This document shows, in pieces, positions 9,670 through 18,900 of a DNA stretch of 54,915 bases. The stretch is from a virus. Lineage: Duplodnaviria > Caudoviricetes. The position numbers were made by a program, and so were the translations under genes. The stretch is taken from positions 1-54,915 of the IMG/VR virus record IMGVR_UViG_3300025115_000013, one strand, 5' to 3'. Below the pieces are notes generated by a model. It saw only the letters and a list, made by a program, of their open reading frames with translations. It searched no databases and was not told where the DNA came from. Every line of letters begins with the position of its first letter. Position 1 is the first letter of the stretch.

Positions 9670-10335
9670 ATGTTATTTATAGACAACAAATACACTCGAT
9701 GGTATAACAATATCATCTCAGCCGCACAAACCAGATTATTTCCACAATGCAAATACACAGAAAACCACCACATTGTCCCGAAATCGCTTGGCGGAAACAA
9801 TAGCAAAGAAAACTTAATTAGATTAACAGCAAAAGAACATTTTATTTGTCATTTATTACTCACTAAAATGACTACTGGTTCAGACCGAAGTAAAATGGCA
9901 AATGCTGTTTGGTGCTTGACTCGTAAAAACAAAAAGCAAGATCGACTAATTATCACAAATAGCAAAACATATACATATATTAAGGAACTGCTGGCTGAGA
10001 CCAAACGTCAAGAAAGATTAGGTAAAACTCATTCTCCAGAAACAAAAAGTAAAATAGGAACTAAACATAAAAACAAAATAGTTTCTGAACTTACTAAACA
10101 AAAACTTAGAGAAGTAAATCTGGGTAAAACTTTACCACCATTAACCGATAAACAAAAACAAAATTTATCTAAGAAACTCAAAGGACGAAAATTTTCTGAA
10201 GAAACAAAACAAAAAATGTCTAATTCTGCCAAATTAAGAAAACGTGCCCCGATGTCAGAAGAAACTAAAAAGAAGATATCGAAAAGCAATAAAAAATATT
10301 TTCAATCTATTGCCATTCAATCTTCTCTAACGTAA
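9670..10335 (+). CDS. HNH homing endonuclease with NUMOD3 repeats
   Basis: HHIVPKSLGG..N..LTAKEHFICHLLL; repeated HSPETKSKI/SEETKQKM. Confidence 0.88.
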   Translation: MLFIDNKYTRWYNNIISAAQTRLFPQCKYTENHHIVPKSLGGNNSKENLIRLTAKEHFICHLLLTKMTTGSDRSKMANAVWCLTRKNKKQDRLIITNSKTYTYIKELLAETKRQERLGKTHSPETKSKIGTKHKNKIVSELTKQKLREVNLGKTLPPLTDKQKQNLSKKLKGRKFSEETKQKMSNSAKLRKRAPMSEETKKKISKSNKKYFQSIAIQSSLT

Positions 10336-11146
10336 AATTATAGCGTGCTTCTTTATAATATTCCTTCCTTTTAGTTAAATGCCGTTTTGCAAACTTGCAG
10401 GTGCTTGTGATGTCCCAGACCTCAACATAGTCCTTATCGTGTGCTTTTCTGATTCCTCTACCAATACTTTGTATAACCCGAACAAACGATTTGCCTGGTT
10501 CGATTAGTATTAAGTTAAATATTCTCGGGATGTTTAACCCAACAGCGGCAATACCATAAGTAGCAATAGAAATCTTGTCATCGCGATCTGCGTAGTCGTC
10601 ATAGTGTTCTTTTCTATCATCCGATTTTGTTGCTCCACTTAAAAAGACTGCCCCCGGTATTGCGGCTGCTAATGCTTTACCTGGCGCAACACGATCAACT
10701 AAAACCAAGGTGTTCCCTGTTTTACTTATCTCAACAATCATACTAGCAATATGATGTAGCCGATCGTCGTTTTCTAGTAAGTACCGTAGTTCAGACTGAT
10801 AGTCTTTATATTCAACATGGTCAACTAGTTGTTTTATATTTACGTGCAGATTTGCAAGCACGCCTTTTTCTTGCAAGTCAGATGCTTGTAAAGAATTAAC
10901 TACTTCTCCAAACGACACTTGCAATGCACGGAACTCAAATTCTTCTTTTGGTATTGTTCCTGTTAGTCCCCATCGAATTGGGATATGGGCAAACACATCA
11001 GTTAGCAATGTTTTTAGAACATCTGCCTTTGCTTGGTGGCAATTAGATACCACTGCACCTTCAACAATATAGTTATGATCACTTTGGATGTGTAAGTTAT
11101 ACACTTCGGTCGGTTTTTGTATTTCTGTTTTTTTAATTAATTTCAT
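10307..11146 (-). CDS. uvsW: UvsW-like SF2 helicase C-terminal half fused to split-intein C fragment
   Basis: 35-aa IntC (..VYNLHIQSDHNYIVEGAVVSN) then CHQAKAD, GLTGT, QSIGRGIR. Confidence 0.92.
   Translation of the reverse strand: MKLIKKTEIQKPTEVYNLHIQSDHNYIVEGAVVSNCHQAKADVLKTLLTDVFAHIPIRWGLTGTIPKEEFEFRALQVSFGEVVNSLQASDLQEKGVLANLHVNIKQLVDHVEYKDYQSELRYLLENDDRLHHIASMIVEISKTGNTLVLVDRVAPGKALAAAIPGAVFLSGATKSDDRKEHYDDYADRDDKISIATYGIAAVGLNIPRIFNLILIEPGKSFVRVIQSIGRGIRKAHDKDYVEVWDITSTCKFAKRHLTKRKEYYKEARYNFTLEKIEWQ
11042..11146 (-). mobile_element. split intein C fragment (IntC)
   Basis: block F VYNL..HNY, terminal Ser-Asn followed by Cys+1. Confidence 0.9.
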
Positions 11147-12030
11147 TTAATGCCTGCTATTTTTACCTTGGTTGTGCTATCAAATTGTGTAATATCGATT
11201 ATTTCAACTAATTCCTTTATTTCATTTTGACTAACAATCTTATATTGATATCCGTTTGTTTCAGACCAACTCTTTAATGCTGCTAGTTTAGCAACGGTTT
11301 TTTGATCAGTGAGTAACTCTTTAGGTTTAACCTCGACTGCTATTTTAGCAGTATGATTCACAAAGTCTACAATGTAAATATACTCTTTACCATTAAACAT
11401 ATAAGGTATGCGAAGCGTTTCATATTCAAAATCTAGATTCGCAGCATAAAAAACTGCTTCCCAAGATGACCTAAACTTTTTTCCGGCGAAGGTTACTTCA
11501 TAATGCGTTTGTCTATTGTTCGTGTTCGGAGTAAACTTCCCTTGTAATATTTTATCTTTCATTAATTTAGAAAGATACTCTTTTCCTTCGTTAGACATTT
11601 TTTTACCGAACATACCATTTTTCTCTCCCGAGTTTTGCTCGCTTATTCTTCTTTTGTCTTCATCTGACATTGGCGGTGGTTTATACGGATACACTCCTTT
11701 CATATCTTTATTCCAAGGGGTTCCAGTATTTAAATTTTCTACAATACGAGAGCTATGCTTCTCCCAACACTTCTGTCCACCTTTCCTACAAATATTCGAC
11801 CTTATTTCGTCCTCTGTAATGCGGCCTGCTAATAACGCATCTGTGTTCTTGATCCATATTTTTTCTTTAGATGTTATCCTGTTCAAGAATCTTCGTCGAG
11901 AAGAGCCACCAAGAGTAATCCCGTTATTCAAAGTAATTTCATTCCCCCAAACAATAATCCTTGTTTGCTGATTATATTCTTGTAATAAAGCATTGTATTT
12001 TTCTAAAGTTTGTTGTTTTTTCATAAACAC
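11143..12030 (-). CDS. free-standing PD-(D/E)XK (TnsA-like) endonuclease with NUMOD-type region
   Basis: FRSSWEAVF, YETLRIPY, YIVDF, VEVKP; PWNK and GEKNGMFGK; lies between intein halves. Confidence 0.8.
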   Translation of the reverse strand: MFMKKQQTLEKYNALLQEYNQQTRIIVWGNEITLNNGITLGGSSRRRFLNRITSKEKIWIKNTDALLAGRITEDEIRSNICRKGGQKCWEKHSSRIVENLNTGTPWNKDMKGVYPYKPPPMSDEDKRRISEQNSGEKNGMFGKKMSNEGKEYLSKLMKDKILQGKFTPNTNNRQTHYEVTFAGKKFRSSWEAVFYAANLDFEYETLRIPYMFNGKEYIYIVDFVNHTAKIAVEVKPKELLTDQKTVAKLAALKSWSETNGYQYKIVSQNEIKELVEIIDITQFDSTTKVKIAGIK

Positions 12031-12051
12031 CTCGGCGTTAGCTATATGTAT

Positions 12052-12345
12052 TTATGTTTTGCTAATAATTTCGTGCTCTTCTGTTAACTCATCTGCTCTA
12101 ACCCACCCGTGAGTGGTTAAAAACTTATGGTTTCCTGTCACTTTAACTGTTGCTCCATTATCAAATACTAACGAATACATTTTTTCAGTAACTGAGGTAG
12201 TTAAGTTTGTGTGTTGTTTAATTACCGTGTCTACCTTAAACTCTTTTGTGTCTTCAGAATAGTTAACAATCTGATCCCCTGCTTTAATTGTTTTAATAGG
12301 GACATATCCAGTAGGTGTTAACACCTTCACATCACCATCGAAACA
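12052..12345 (-). mobile_element. split intein N fragment (IntN, 97 aa)
   Basis: block A CFDGD, block B TGNH, ends at stop codon. Confidence 0.9.
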
Positions 12346-13068
12346 CTCGTCAACCATAATGCATACTACACCGTCAACAAAGTCTTTAATAGTTAATTCT
12401 GCTTCGCCACTCTTACTATTCTTGAGTAAGTTGTTTAGACTTTGCCATGTGCAAATAGTATGAGTTTTGTTCCATTCTTTTCTATCGCCGAAGTAAACTC
12501 CAACATCTAAACCGATGTTAATGTAATCAGCTTCTGTTTGCTTAACTAAATCTTTGTTCGGAACAATAACTATACTTCGGCCGTATTGTTCAACCGACAT
12601 TGATAAAACTGCTGTAATAATTGTTTTACCTGATCCTGTCGGTAACTTGTGTAATGACTGCAAGTTATGTAGACACTCATTTACTGCTGCAACTTGATAA
12701 TCCCGTAGTAAAATCGGAGTGCCTTCTTGCGGATGTCCTTTTGGCCAATTCTTAGCCGAAAGCGAGTCTTCAGTAATTTGTGTAAACTCAAATGTGTTCG
12801 AATAAGTTCGGTTGTCTACTAATTCAATGTCGTACCCATCTTCTTCAATGAGTGGGATTAATTCCGACAGTAAATTAATATATGTGCTGCCACCTAACTG
12901 TGCGAACGACACACACCCATCCCACCGTCCTAGTTTCACTGACGGCAAGTGGCGAGCATACGGCACTTGATACTTAAACTTATTGACTAGCTTTTTTCTA
13001 GTCGATAAATCTAACCCAAGCAACTTACAATTTACTTCGTCGGAAATTACTATCTTACATTCTTTCAT
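12052..13068 (-). CDS. uvsW: UvsW-like SF2 helicase N-terminal half fused to split-intein N fragment
   Basis: LRDYQ, PTGSGKT, TWQS, MVDE followed by CFDGDVKVLT..TGNHKFLT..WVRADEL. Confidence 0.92.
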   Translation of the reverse strand: MKECKIVISDEVNCKLLGLDLSTRKKLVNKFKYQVPYARHLPSVKLGRWDGCVSFAQLGGSTYINLLSELIPLIEEDGYDIELVDNRTYSNTFEFTQITEDSLSAKNWPKGHPQEGTPILLRDYQVAAVNECLHNLQSLHKLPTGSGKTIITAVLSMSVEQYGRSIVIVPNKDLVKQTEADYINIGLDVGVYFGDRKEWNKTHTICTWQSLNNLLKNSKSGEAELTIKDFVDGVVCIMVDECFDGDVKVLTPTGYVPIKTIKAGDQIVNYSEDTKEFKVDTVIKQHTNLTTSVTEKMYSLVFDNGATVKVTGNHKFLTTHGWVRADELTEEHEIISKT

Positions 13069-14134
13069 GCATTAACCTCGGGCAAGCCCATATAATTTTT
13101 TCAGCATCTTGCATTAACTGTCGACCGTATACCCCTACCAACATAGACACAGTTGATATTAGTAATCGCACTGGGGTTGTTTCATCTGGATCTCTTGATA
13201 CTAAAAAGCACTTATCTTTATAAATGCCTTTTCCGTCGGTTGGTGTTAGTTTACTTATTGTAAATTCATTGAACATAGATTTCAAGTAACTCTCAGTAAA
13301 TGTCTCACCTATAACGATTAACGGAAAACGATTTAACCTCTTTGCATACAAGAATGCCGTGTCTAATTGGTCAGGAGAAATCTCAGTCCTGCGGCTCACA
13401 ACACAATTTGTAAATGTGTCTCCGTAATATGAGTAATCCTCGTATAGTTGAGTTTTCACACCTTGACTAATCTCATACCCATACGTTGTAGAAGCGTCGG
13501 CTAACTTTAACACGTCTCCTGAGAACTGCTGTAGTTCGTCTTCTAGTTGCGGCGGAGCATCTTCAACAATATACTTTCCGTTTTTCTTAACTAATGTTAA
13601 AAAATTAGGATGTATATTTCCGAGTTCTACAATATCATTCGTAAGTTTGTTGATCGCTTGGTCAACATCGAAACCGTGTTGTCTAAGTAACGACACCCAC
13701 AAAATATTTATTTCTGTAGGAGCAAGTTCCCATTGTTTATTTTCTTTGCTCCATCGAACGTATCCTTGAGATACTTTAGCGTGTTCCCGGAACATTGATA
13801 TAAGAGTTTCATTGTACGGAAATTTTACTTTAATGCTATCATCTAGCAGCACCGACTTCTCGTAGGTTATATCTCTAACCCCTAGACTCGTTTTCTCTAC
13901 AGAAACAGGATCAACTTTTACCCCTCGTTTCGATAACTGCTTAGAATACTTCATCACAATTAACTTTGCTAAGGTTAATTGTTTTTCTGTCATTTTTTGG
14001 CCAGCATGGATATCAGTGAACACCGATTGCACAAATGGAACATCGTACCGAGCTAACGTCATTGGGCGAACTGCGGTAAGAAAGGCCTCTTTGTATATGA
14101 ACTTCAGATAGTCTTCTATGCAAGAAAATGTCAT
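13055..14134 (-). CDS. hypothetical protein
   Basis: 359-aa ORF overlapping uvsW start. Confidence 0.6.
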   Translation of the reverse strand: MTFSCIEDYLKFIYKEAFLTAVRPMTLARYDVPFVQSVFTDIHAGQKMTEKQLTLAKLIVMKYSKQLSKRGVKVDPVSVEKTSLGVRDITYEKSVLLDDSIKVKFPYNETLISMFREHAKVSQGYVRWSKENKQWELAPTEINILWVSLLRQHGFDVDQAINKLTNDIVELGNIHPNFLTLVKKNGKYIVEDAPPQLEDELQQFSGDVLKLADASTTYGYEISQGVKTQLYEDYSYYGDTFTNCVVSRRTEISPDQLDTAFLYAKRLNRFPLIVIGETFTESYLKSMFNEFTISKLTPTDGKGIYKDKCFLVSRDPDETTPVRLLISTVSMLVGVYGRQLMQDAEKIIWACPRLMHERM

Positions 14135-14149
14135 AGTATTAGTATAAAA

Positions 14150-14182
14150 GAAAAAGCCCGCTAATGCAACCGCGGGCTAAAA
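14150..14182 (-). terminator. putative intrinsic terminator
   Basis: AGCCCGC/GCGGGCT hairpin followed by T-run on minus strand. Confidence 0.5.
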
Positions 14183-14200
14183 CTTTGTAAGTGCACAATA

Positions 14201-14575
14201 TTAGATGCGTTGACCGCGGATCTGTTCTACTTGTTCCTTTAAATCCAAATACGCTTTGTTCTTTTCTGCTTTGTTTAGATACCGTTTTGGTGGCGCCTGA
14301 ATTTGTGTAAGCCCAGTTTTCGGGTCAAACATTACCCAGCGGCCATCAATTTTTTCCGGGTACGGTTTCTTTCCAGAGAAACCAAGAAACTTTCTATATT
14401 CGGCTTCCCTAACTAGCAAGTCCTTTGTTTCCTGTCTATATCGGTCAGGCAAATCATGCACCCAATTAAGAACGTTAACGAGATGGCCGAGCTTCATTTC
14501 TTTTATTTTTATTACCCGGCCATCCGCACTGCCCCATGGATGTTCGCGCCAGCTAAGGTCACCGAACGATTCCAT
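14201..14575 (-). CDS. hypothetical protein
   Basis: 124-aa ORF, WGSADGR..IKEM..HL.N motif. Confidence 0.6.
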   Translation of the reverse strand: MESFGDLSWREHPWGSADGRVIKIKEMKLGHLVNVLNWVHDLPDRYRQETKDLLVREAEYRKFLGFSGKKPYPEKIDGRWVMFDPKTGLTQIQAPPKRYLNKAEKNKAYLDLKEQVEQIRGQRI

Positions 14576-14576
14576 G

Positions 14577-15371
14577 TTACTTATTCAACATCAGTGCATT
14601 GAAGTTAGCAGGTACGACGATTGTTTGCACCTTACCATCGCGGATGCCTTCGGAGATGTTGATCATCGCCATAGCATTCATATATTCGATGGCGCCTTTG
14701 TTAGCGTTAAGAGCTGCAATACGCTCTGCCTCTTTCTTAGCGGTCGCGACTTCAACTTCTTTCTTTTTCAATTCGTTCTGGGCCTTGACCAGTTCATTTG
14801 CAGTTGTGATGATGCCGTCTGCAGGAAGAATCTGACGAACAAGTACCTGTTGAATATTGACAGAGTTATCTAGATTCTCGTCTTTCAATGATTGGATCAT
14901 GAACTCTTTGATCTCTTGTTCAATCTGAGCACGGGCATCATTCATCTTTAGGCTCTCATGCTTACGAGCAGCTTTATATGCAGCATTTCGACCGACTTGG
15001 TAGATGTAGTTGTACATCAACAGGACATCGCCGTCTTTTGTGGTAGCGTGGAAGCTACGGTTCTTTTCAACGTAGATTTCACTGACGGCGGTTGGGTTGA
15101 GACCGTAGATAACCGCCATGTCAAAGTCTTTGATAGTGGAGTTATCACTCGCGAGTGGAGTTAGGTCAGTCACATCGACCTGGACATCTTTGACGGGAAA
15201 CGACAGAACGTCGCCGATAAGCGTTTGGTTGAACGAGCCAGGCATAAGCTCACCGGGCTTAACTTGTTTATCAAAGCCAACACGAACACCGACCTCACCA
15301 GTTTCGATACGAGCACAGCCAACAGCAGACAGAGTAGCAACAACAGCAAGAGCAAGAATAGACTTTTTCAT
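14577..15371 (-). CDS. SPFH/Band 7 (prohibitin-like) lipoprotein
   Basis: signal peptide with lipobox-like AVGC, IETGEVGVR, C-terminal coiled coil AKKEAER. Confidence 0.85.
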   Translation of the reverse strand: MKKSILALAVVATLSAVGCARIETGEVGVRVGFDKQVKPGELMPGSFNQTLIGDVLSFPVKDVQVDVTDLTPLASDNSTIKDFDMAVIYGLNPTAVSEIYVEKNRSFHATTKDGDVLLMYNYIYQVGRNAAYKAARKHESLKMNDARAQIEQEIKEFMIQSLKDENLDNSVNIQQVLVRQILPADGIITTANELVKAQNELKKKEVEVATAKKEAERIAALNANKGAIEYMNAMAMINISEGIRDGKVQTIVVPANFNALMLNK

Positions 15372-15390
15372 TTACGTTCCTTTTATGAAA

Positions 15391-15588
15391 TCAAACAACA
15401 CCAAAAAACTTTTGAATACGGGCCTTGACCTTTGGTCTAAGTTTACCATCAAAAATCAATTCATCGATGGCAACAAACATTCCGATCACTAATCCAAAGA
15501 ACAAACCAACTAATAGTAGTACCAAAAAAGATCCAAGAAAAAATTGCATTACCTCTCCCATTACTACCTCCTTAGAACAAAATAACAA
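15391..15588 (-). CDS. small membrane protein
   Basis: hydrophobic helix; GAGG RBS before internal Met. Confidence 0.5.
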   Translation of the reverse strand: MLFCSKEVVMGEVMQFFLGSFLVLLLVGLFFGLVIGMFVAIDELIFDGKLRPKVKARIQKFFGVV

Positions 15589-15838
15589 TACCAGTCAAAA
15601 ACGCAACCGCTAATAGCGAACAAAGCATAGCGTATCCTACTACCTTTGTCAACTTCCATTTTTCCGAACTTTTAAGATTTACAAACAGTTGGATGCCACC
15701 TGCAAATACCACCGTAAACAACAAAAACGCTAAAATACCTTTAACCATACCTTACCTCCTTAGAGACCTTGACCAAGAACACCAAACACTAACCCGATAG
15801 CAACAGCCAACACGATCGCTTGTAGTAGATCCATAATG

Positions 15839-16552
15839 CTACCTTTTCTGGATAAATTCGTCGACTTCTTTATAAAGTTTTAGGGCCAACCGTTGATGTC
15901 CATCTTTATTTGGATGTGTTGTATCGTGTTCAAGGAAATATTTTTTTAAGTGTATTTTTCCATGGGACGTTTTTTCTAAAAGCCCTATTTTTGAGAAATC
16001 AATATCAGTTAAGTTAAACAATTCGCTGTACATACTCCAGGTCGGTGAAACTAACCAGTTAGACCAATCTATATACTTAGAAAAGTGACTCTTAGTATAA
16101 TCATTATAATTTCCTAATATGTTCACAAACCTAAATGGAATTTTTCGACTTAAACATTCGTGAGTCAACCAACTCATTGCTACACAAGTTTCTTTAAGGA
16201 CATAATGATCTGATAATATATCTTTACCAAAATCAACAAATGCTTCTTTATCGAAATTTCTATGACTAATAGTTTGTACCTTCCCGTCGTAAGTCTCTAT
16301 ACATAGTCTGTAAGGTGACGTTAGCCCAAAGATTGCATATATCTTTTTAGTTGGAAACCATTGGCGGATCCTTTCTATTTTCCTAATAGAATAAAGTAGG
16401 TGCCCAACTGAAGTTCCAGGTTGAGCACAATTGATAGTTGGTAAACCCAACAAATCCTGAATTATTGACGATAATCTATTCTGCACTCTTCCTTGAAGGC
16501 CCGAACCGTATACCCAACTATCACCAAACCAAACCAGTAGTTTATCAGACAT
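15839..16552 (-). CDS. SGNH/GDSL hydrolase-like protein
   Basis: FGDSW.YG, DTTHPNKDGH. Confidence 0.7.
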   Translation of the reverse strand: MSDKLLVWFGDSWVYGSGLQGRVQNRLSSIIQDLLGLPTINCAQPGTSVGHLLYSIRKIERIRQWFPTKKIYAIFGLTSPYRLCIETYDGKVQTISHRNFDKEAFVDFGKDILSDHYVLKETCVAMSWLTHECLSRKIPFRFVNILGNYNDYTKSHFSKYIDWSNWLVSPTWSMYSELFNLTDIDFSKIGLLEKTSHGKIHLKKYFLEHDTTHPNKDGHQRLALKLYKEVDEFIQKR

Positions 16553-16555
16553 TTA

Positions 16556-17587
16556 TCACTTCATCATCGTAGTGCGAGCAACACTTTCCCAGTTATTCGG
16601 GAAGGTCTTAAACAAGCCAATCAGCTTAATCACTGTACGGATGCTGATCTCACGGAACTTAGCCTGATTCCCAAACAAGAAGCTAACCAAGCTAGTCTGC
16701 TCGTCTCGGCTAATCTTGTAGTCATCTGCGAACTCAGGGTTAGCAATAACCTGCTTGATACGCAGGATCTTTTCACGTGCGGTGTTGATAGTAAGATCAA
16801 CGTAGTGGCAGCGTGATTCCAGTGCGTTCAAGTGATCCTTGATCGACTTGGTCTTGATGTGAGCAAAGTCGAGGTTCGTAATAAAGATGATCGAACCCTT
16901 GAACTCGAAGCTAGACGGCACATCTTCGCGGCGCAGCATTGCACTGTCAGCCAACCAAGAAATCTTACGCTTCTTGCCCGTATCCAGCGCACCCTTTAGG
17001 ATGTTCAAAGCAACCGGATCGTAGAACAGGTTGTCACAGTCGTCAAACACAATAACGTTACCAGGATCGCTATACTTGAACAGAGTGCAGTACAAACCAA
17101 TAGCAGTAGACGCACCCTTAACAACTTCTGAGCGAAGCTTGCGACCTGCAATCTTGTCAAACGTAGAAGCCTTATCAACTTCGTCTTCAACACCGTAGCT
17201 CTTACCAACACCCGGAGGGCCAGTAACAATCATCGCACGAACATCGCCTGCGATAGCAGCCTTGGCCATTTCGTGCAGGATTTCAAAACGCTCGCCAATA
17301 CGAGCCATAATCTGCTCGTCGGTTTCTTCTTCATGCAGGGCTTCGGATTCCGACTCAGCAACCTCGTTGCCAGCAGCAACATAATCTTCCTTGTCTACAA
17401 AGTAGTAGGCAGTCGGCGAAGCAACCTTAACGCGAACCTTGTCTTGCCCTTTCCATGCAGTTCCGTCAACAGTAACGAAGCCGCCCTTGGCACCCATCTG
17501 GAACTGCTTTACCAGCGGAAACATCATATTCTCAACTTTCTCACCACGATACTCGCCGCTTTTAATGCAAATAAAGGACTGGGTCAT
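16556..17587 (-). CDS. AAA+ ATPase
   Basis: GPPGVGKS, VFDDCD, FITN, ALESRC; start moved to MTQSF behind AGGAG RBS and promoter. Confidence 0.85.
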   Translation of the reverse strand: MTQSFICIKSGEYRGEKVENMMFPLVKQFQMGAKGGFVTVDGTAWKGQDKVRVKVASPTAYYFVDKEDYVAAGNEVAESESEALHEEETDEQIMARIGERFEILHEMAKAAIAGDVRAMIVTGPPGVGKSYGVEDEVDKASTFDKIAGRKLRSEVVKGASTAIGLYCTLFKYSDPGNVIVFDDCDNLFYDPVALNILKGALDTGKKRKISWLADSAMLRREDVPSSFEFKGSIIFITNLDFAHIKTKSIKDHLNALESRCHYVDLTINTAREKILRIKQVIANPEFADDYKISRDEQTSLVSFLFGNQAKFREISIRTVIKLIGLFKTFPNNWESVARTTMMK

Positions 17588-17618
17588 TACTGGCTCCTGT
17601 TGTTTAACTAATGAAGCA

Positions 17619-17647
17619 ATTATACGGGGATTTTGGTTAGTAGTCAA
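17619..17647 (-). promoter_or_regulatory. sigma70-type early promoter
   Basis: GG-TTGACT-N17-TATAAT. Confidence 0.8.
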
Positions 17648-17654
17648 CCTGTTT

Positions 17655-17876
17655 TTACACAAAGTCAAACAGGTATTCTACCTTGTCGAACGTGCGATCA
17701 TGTACGATCTTAGACATCTTAACATCACACGTTACAGCACCCTTCAGGGCGTCAAGCGGGTCGCTTGCTGCAACATTGGTGATGTCATAAACACTCAGCG
17801 TACCGTAGTAAAAGGAAGCTTCGGCACCGGAAACTTCGCGTTCGACAACTGCAAGCATTTTAGTTTCGAAGCCCAT
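17655..17876 (-). CDS. hypothetical early protein
   Basis: 73 aa, AGGAG RBS and own promoter. Confidence 0.65.
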   Translation of the reverse strand: MGFETKMLAVVEREVSGAEASFYYGTLSVYDITNVAASDPLDALKGAVTCDVKMSKIVHDRTFDKVEYLFDFV

Positions 17877-17908
17877 TTGCTGCTCCTGTTTAATTACTGT
17901 ATGAAGCT

Positions 17909-17937
17909 ATTATACCGGAATTTGGACTAAAGGTCAA
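17909..17937 (-). promoter_or_regulatory. sigma70-type early promoter
   Basis: GG-TTGACC-N17-TATAAT. Confidence 0.8.
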
Positions 17938-17980
17938 CCGAAATTTACACGCCGTTTACAGCAATTCTGCGTGTCAACAT

Positions 17981-18072
17981 GCACGAAAGCGGGCTAAAAT
18001 TGAAGGATTTTTATAAGTCATTGATTCTAAAGGAAATGTATTTTTAGCCCACTTTCGCTAAGTCATTGATTC
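17981..18072. repeat. ~90-bp repeat copy 1 with internal inverted repeat and two IHF-consensus boxes
   Basis: GAAAGCGGGCTAAAA..TTTTAGCCCACTTTC; TAAGTCATTGATT at 18014 and 18059 (=WATCAANNNNTTR on minus strand). Confidence 0.8.
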
Positions 18073-18074
18073 AA

Positions 18075-18752
18075 TTAACTTACGACTAAGTTAGGGTAAC
18101 GTTGAGCTAAGAAATTAAAGAACTCTTTTGACCAATATTCATGTGCAGATGGCCCGGGATGGATTCCATCATTTTCAAAATCGTTAATCTTAGTGGCCAG
18201 GTCTGTAATGTTTGGGCTATTAAATATAAAATTCCAATCAAGTTGGTCAGAATACTTCCCTAAATCATTAATATAATTTTGGTAAAATGAAAAAGCATAC
18301 GGTATATTACGTGATTTCAAGTAACTCTCTAAACTTAACATATTATAAAAGCTTTTCGCAGCATGATCTAATAGATCTTGATATTTAAAATATGCACGAT
18401 AAACATTGCTATTCAATAATGGATCAAGATTTTTATGACCGACACCAAACACCCAGTTTTGCTGTGCATATCGGTGTCCTCTAATATATTGATTACCACT
18501 AATATACCCTGATTGTTCAAATTGATTTATATCACTAACTCGAATATCTACTCGCTCTAAGCCGGACCACATAATCAACACTAAATCATACTGTCGTTCT
18601 TGTAATTCTGACATCGTGGCGTTACTAATGTATGTGTTTCCAGCAGCAGACATTGCTAAATTTATTAATTCAGCGTTAAACTGTTTAGCAATATGATTTG
18701 CCCAACTAAAGTCTGGTTGTGTAAAACTACATCCGTTAATTAAAATCTTCAT
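18075..18752 (-). CDS. SGNH/GDSL hydrolase-like protein
   Basis: NGCSFT, AGN.YI, MWSG..R, DGIHPGPSAH. Confidence 0.7.
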   Translation of the reverse strand: MKILINGCSFTQPDFSWANHIAKQFNAELINLAMSAAGNTYISNATMSELQERQYDLVLIMWSGLERVDIRVSDINQFEQSGYISGNQYIRGHRYAQQNWVFGVGHKNLDPLLNSNVYRAYFKYQDLLDHAAKSFYNMLSLESYLKSRNIPYAFSFYQNYINDLGKYSDQLDWNFIFNSPNITDLATKINDFENDGIHPGPSAHEYWSKEFFNFLAQRYPNLVVS

Positions 18753-18810
18753 TGTAATACCTTTTCAACTTATCTCCAAAACAAACTCTGACTATCGTTT
18801 ATGTCTTTAT

Positions 18811-18900
18811 GCGTGAAAGTGGGCTAAAATTGAAGGATTTTTGTAAGTCTTTGTTTCTAAAGGAGATTGGTTTTAGCCCACTTTTTGTAAGTCATTGAAA
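18811..18900. repeat. ~90-bp repeat copy 2
   Basis: near-identical direct repeat of 17981-18072. Confidence 0.8.

Noticed and set aside
9449-9670. 73-aa minus-strand ORF
   Set aside because: Its 5' half is antisense to the HNH leader; at most a short AT-rich membrane peptide with no support
11143-12052. Group I intron in uvsW
   Set aside because: No room for a ribozyme core (ORFs abut within ~20 nt) and intein motifs fully explain the interruption
16556-17668. Annotated 370-aa start of AAA ATPase
   Set aside because: The extension runs through the promoter; RBS supports Met at 17587
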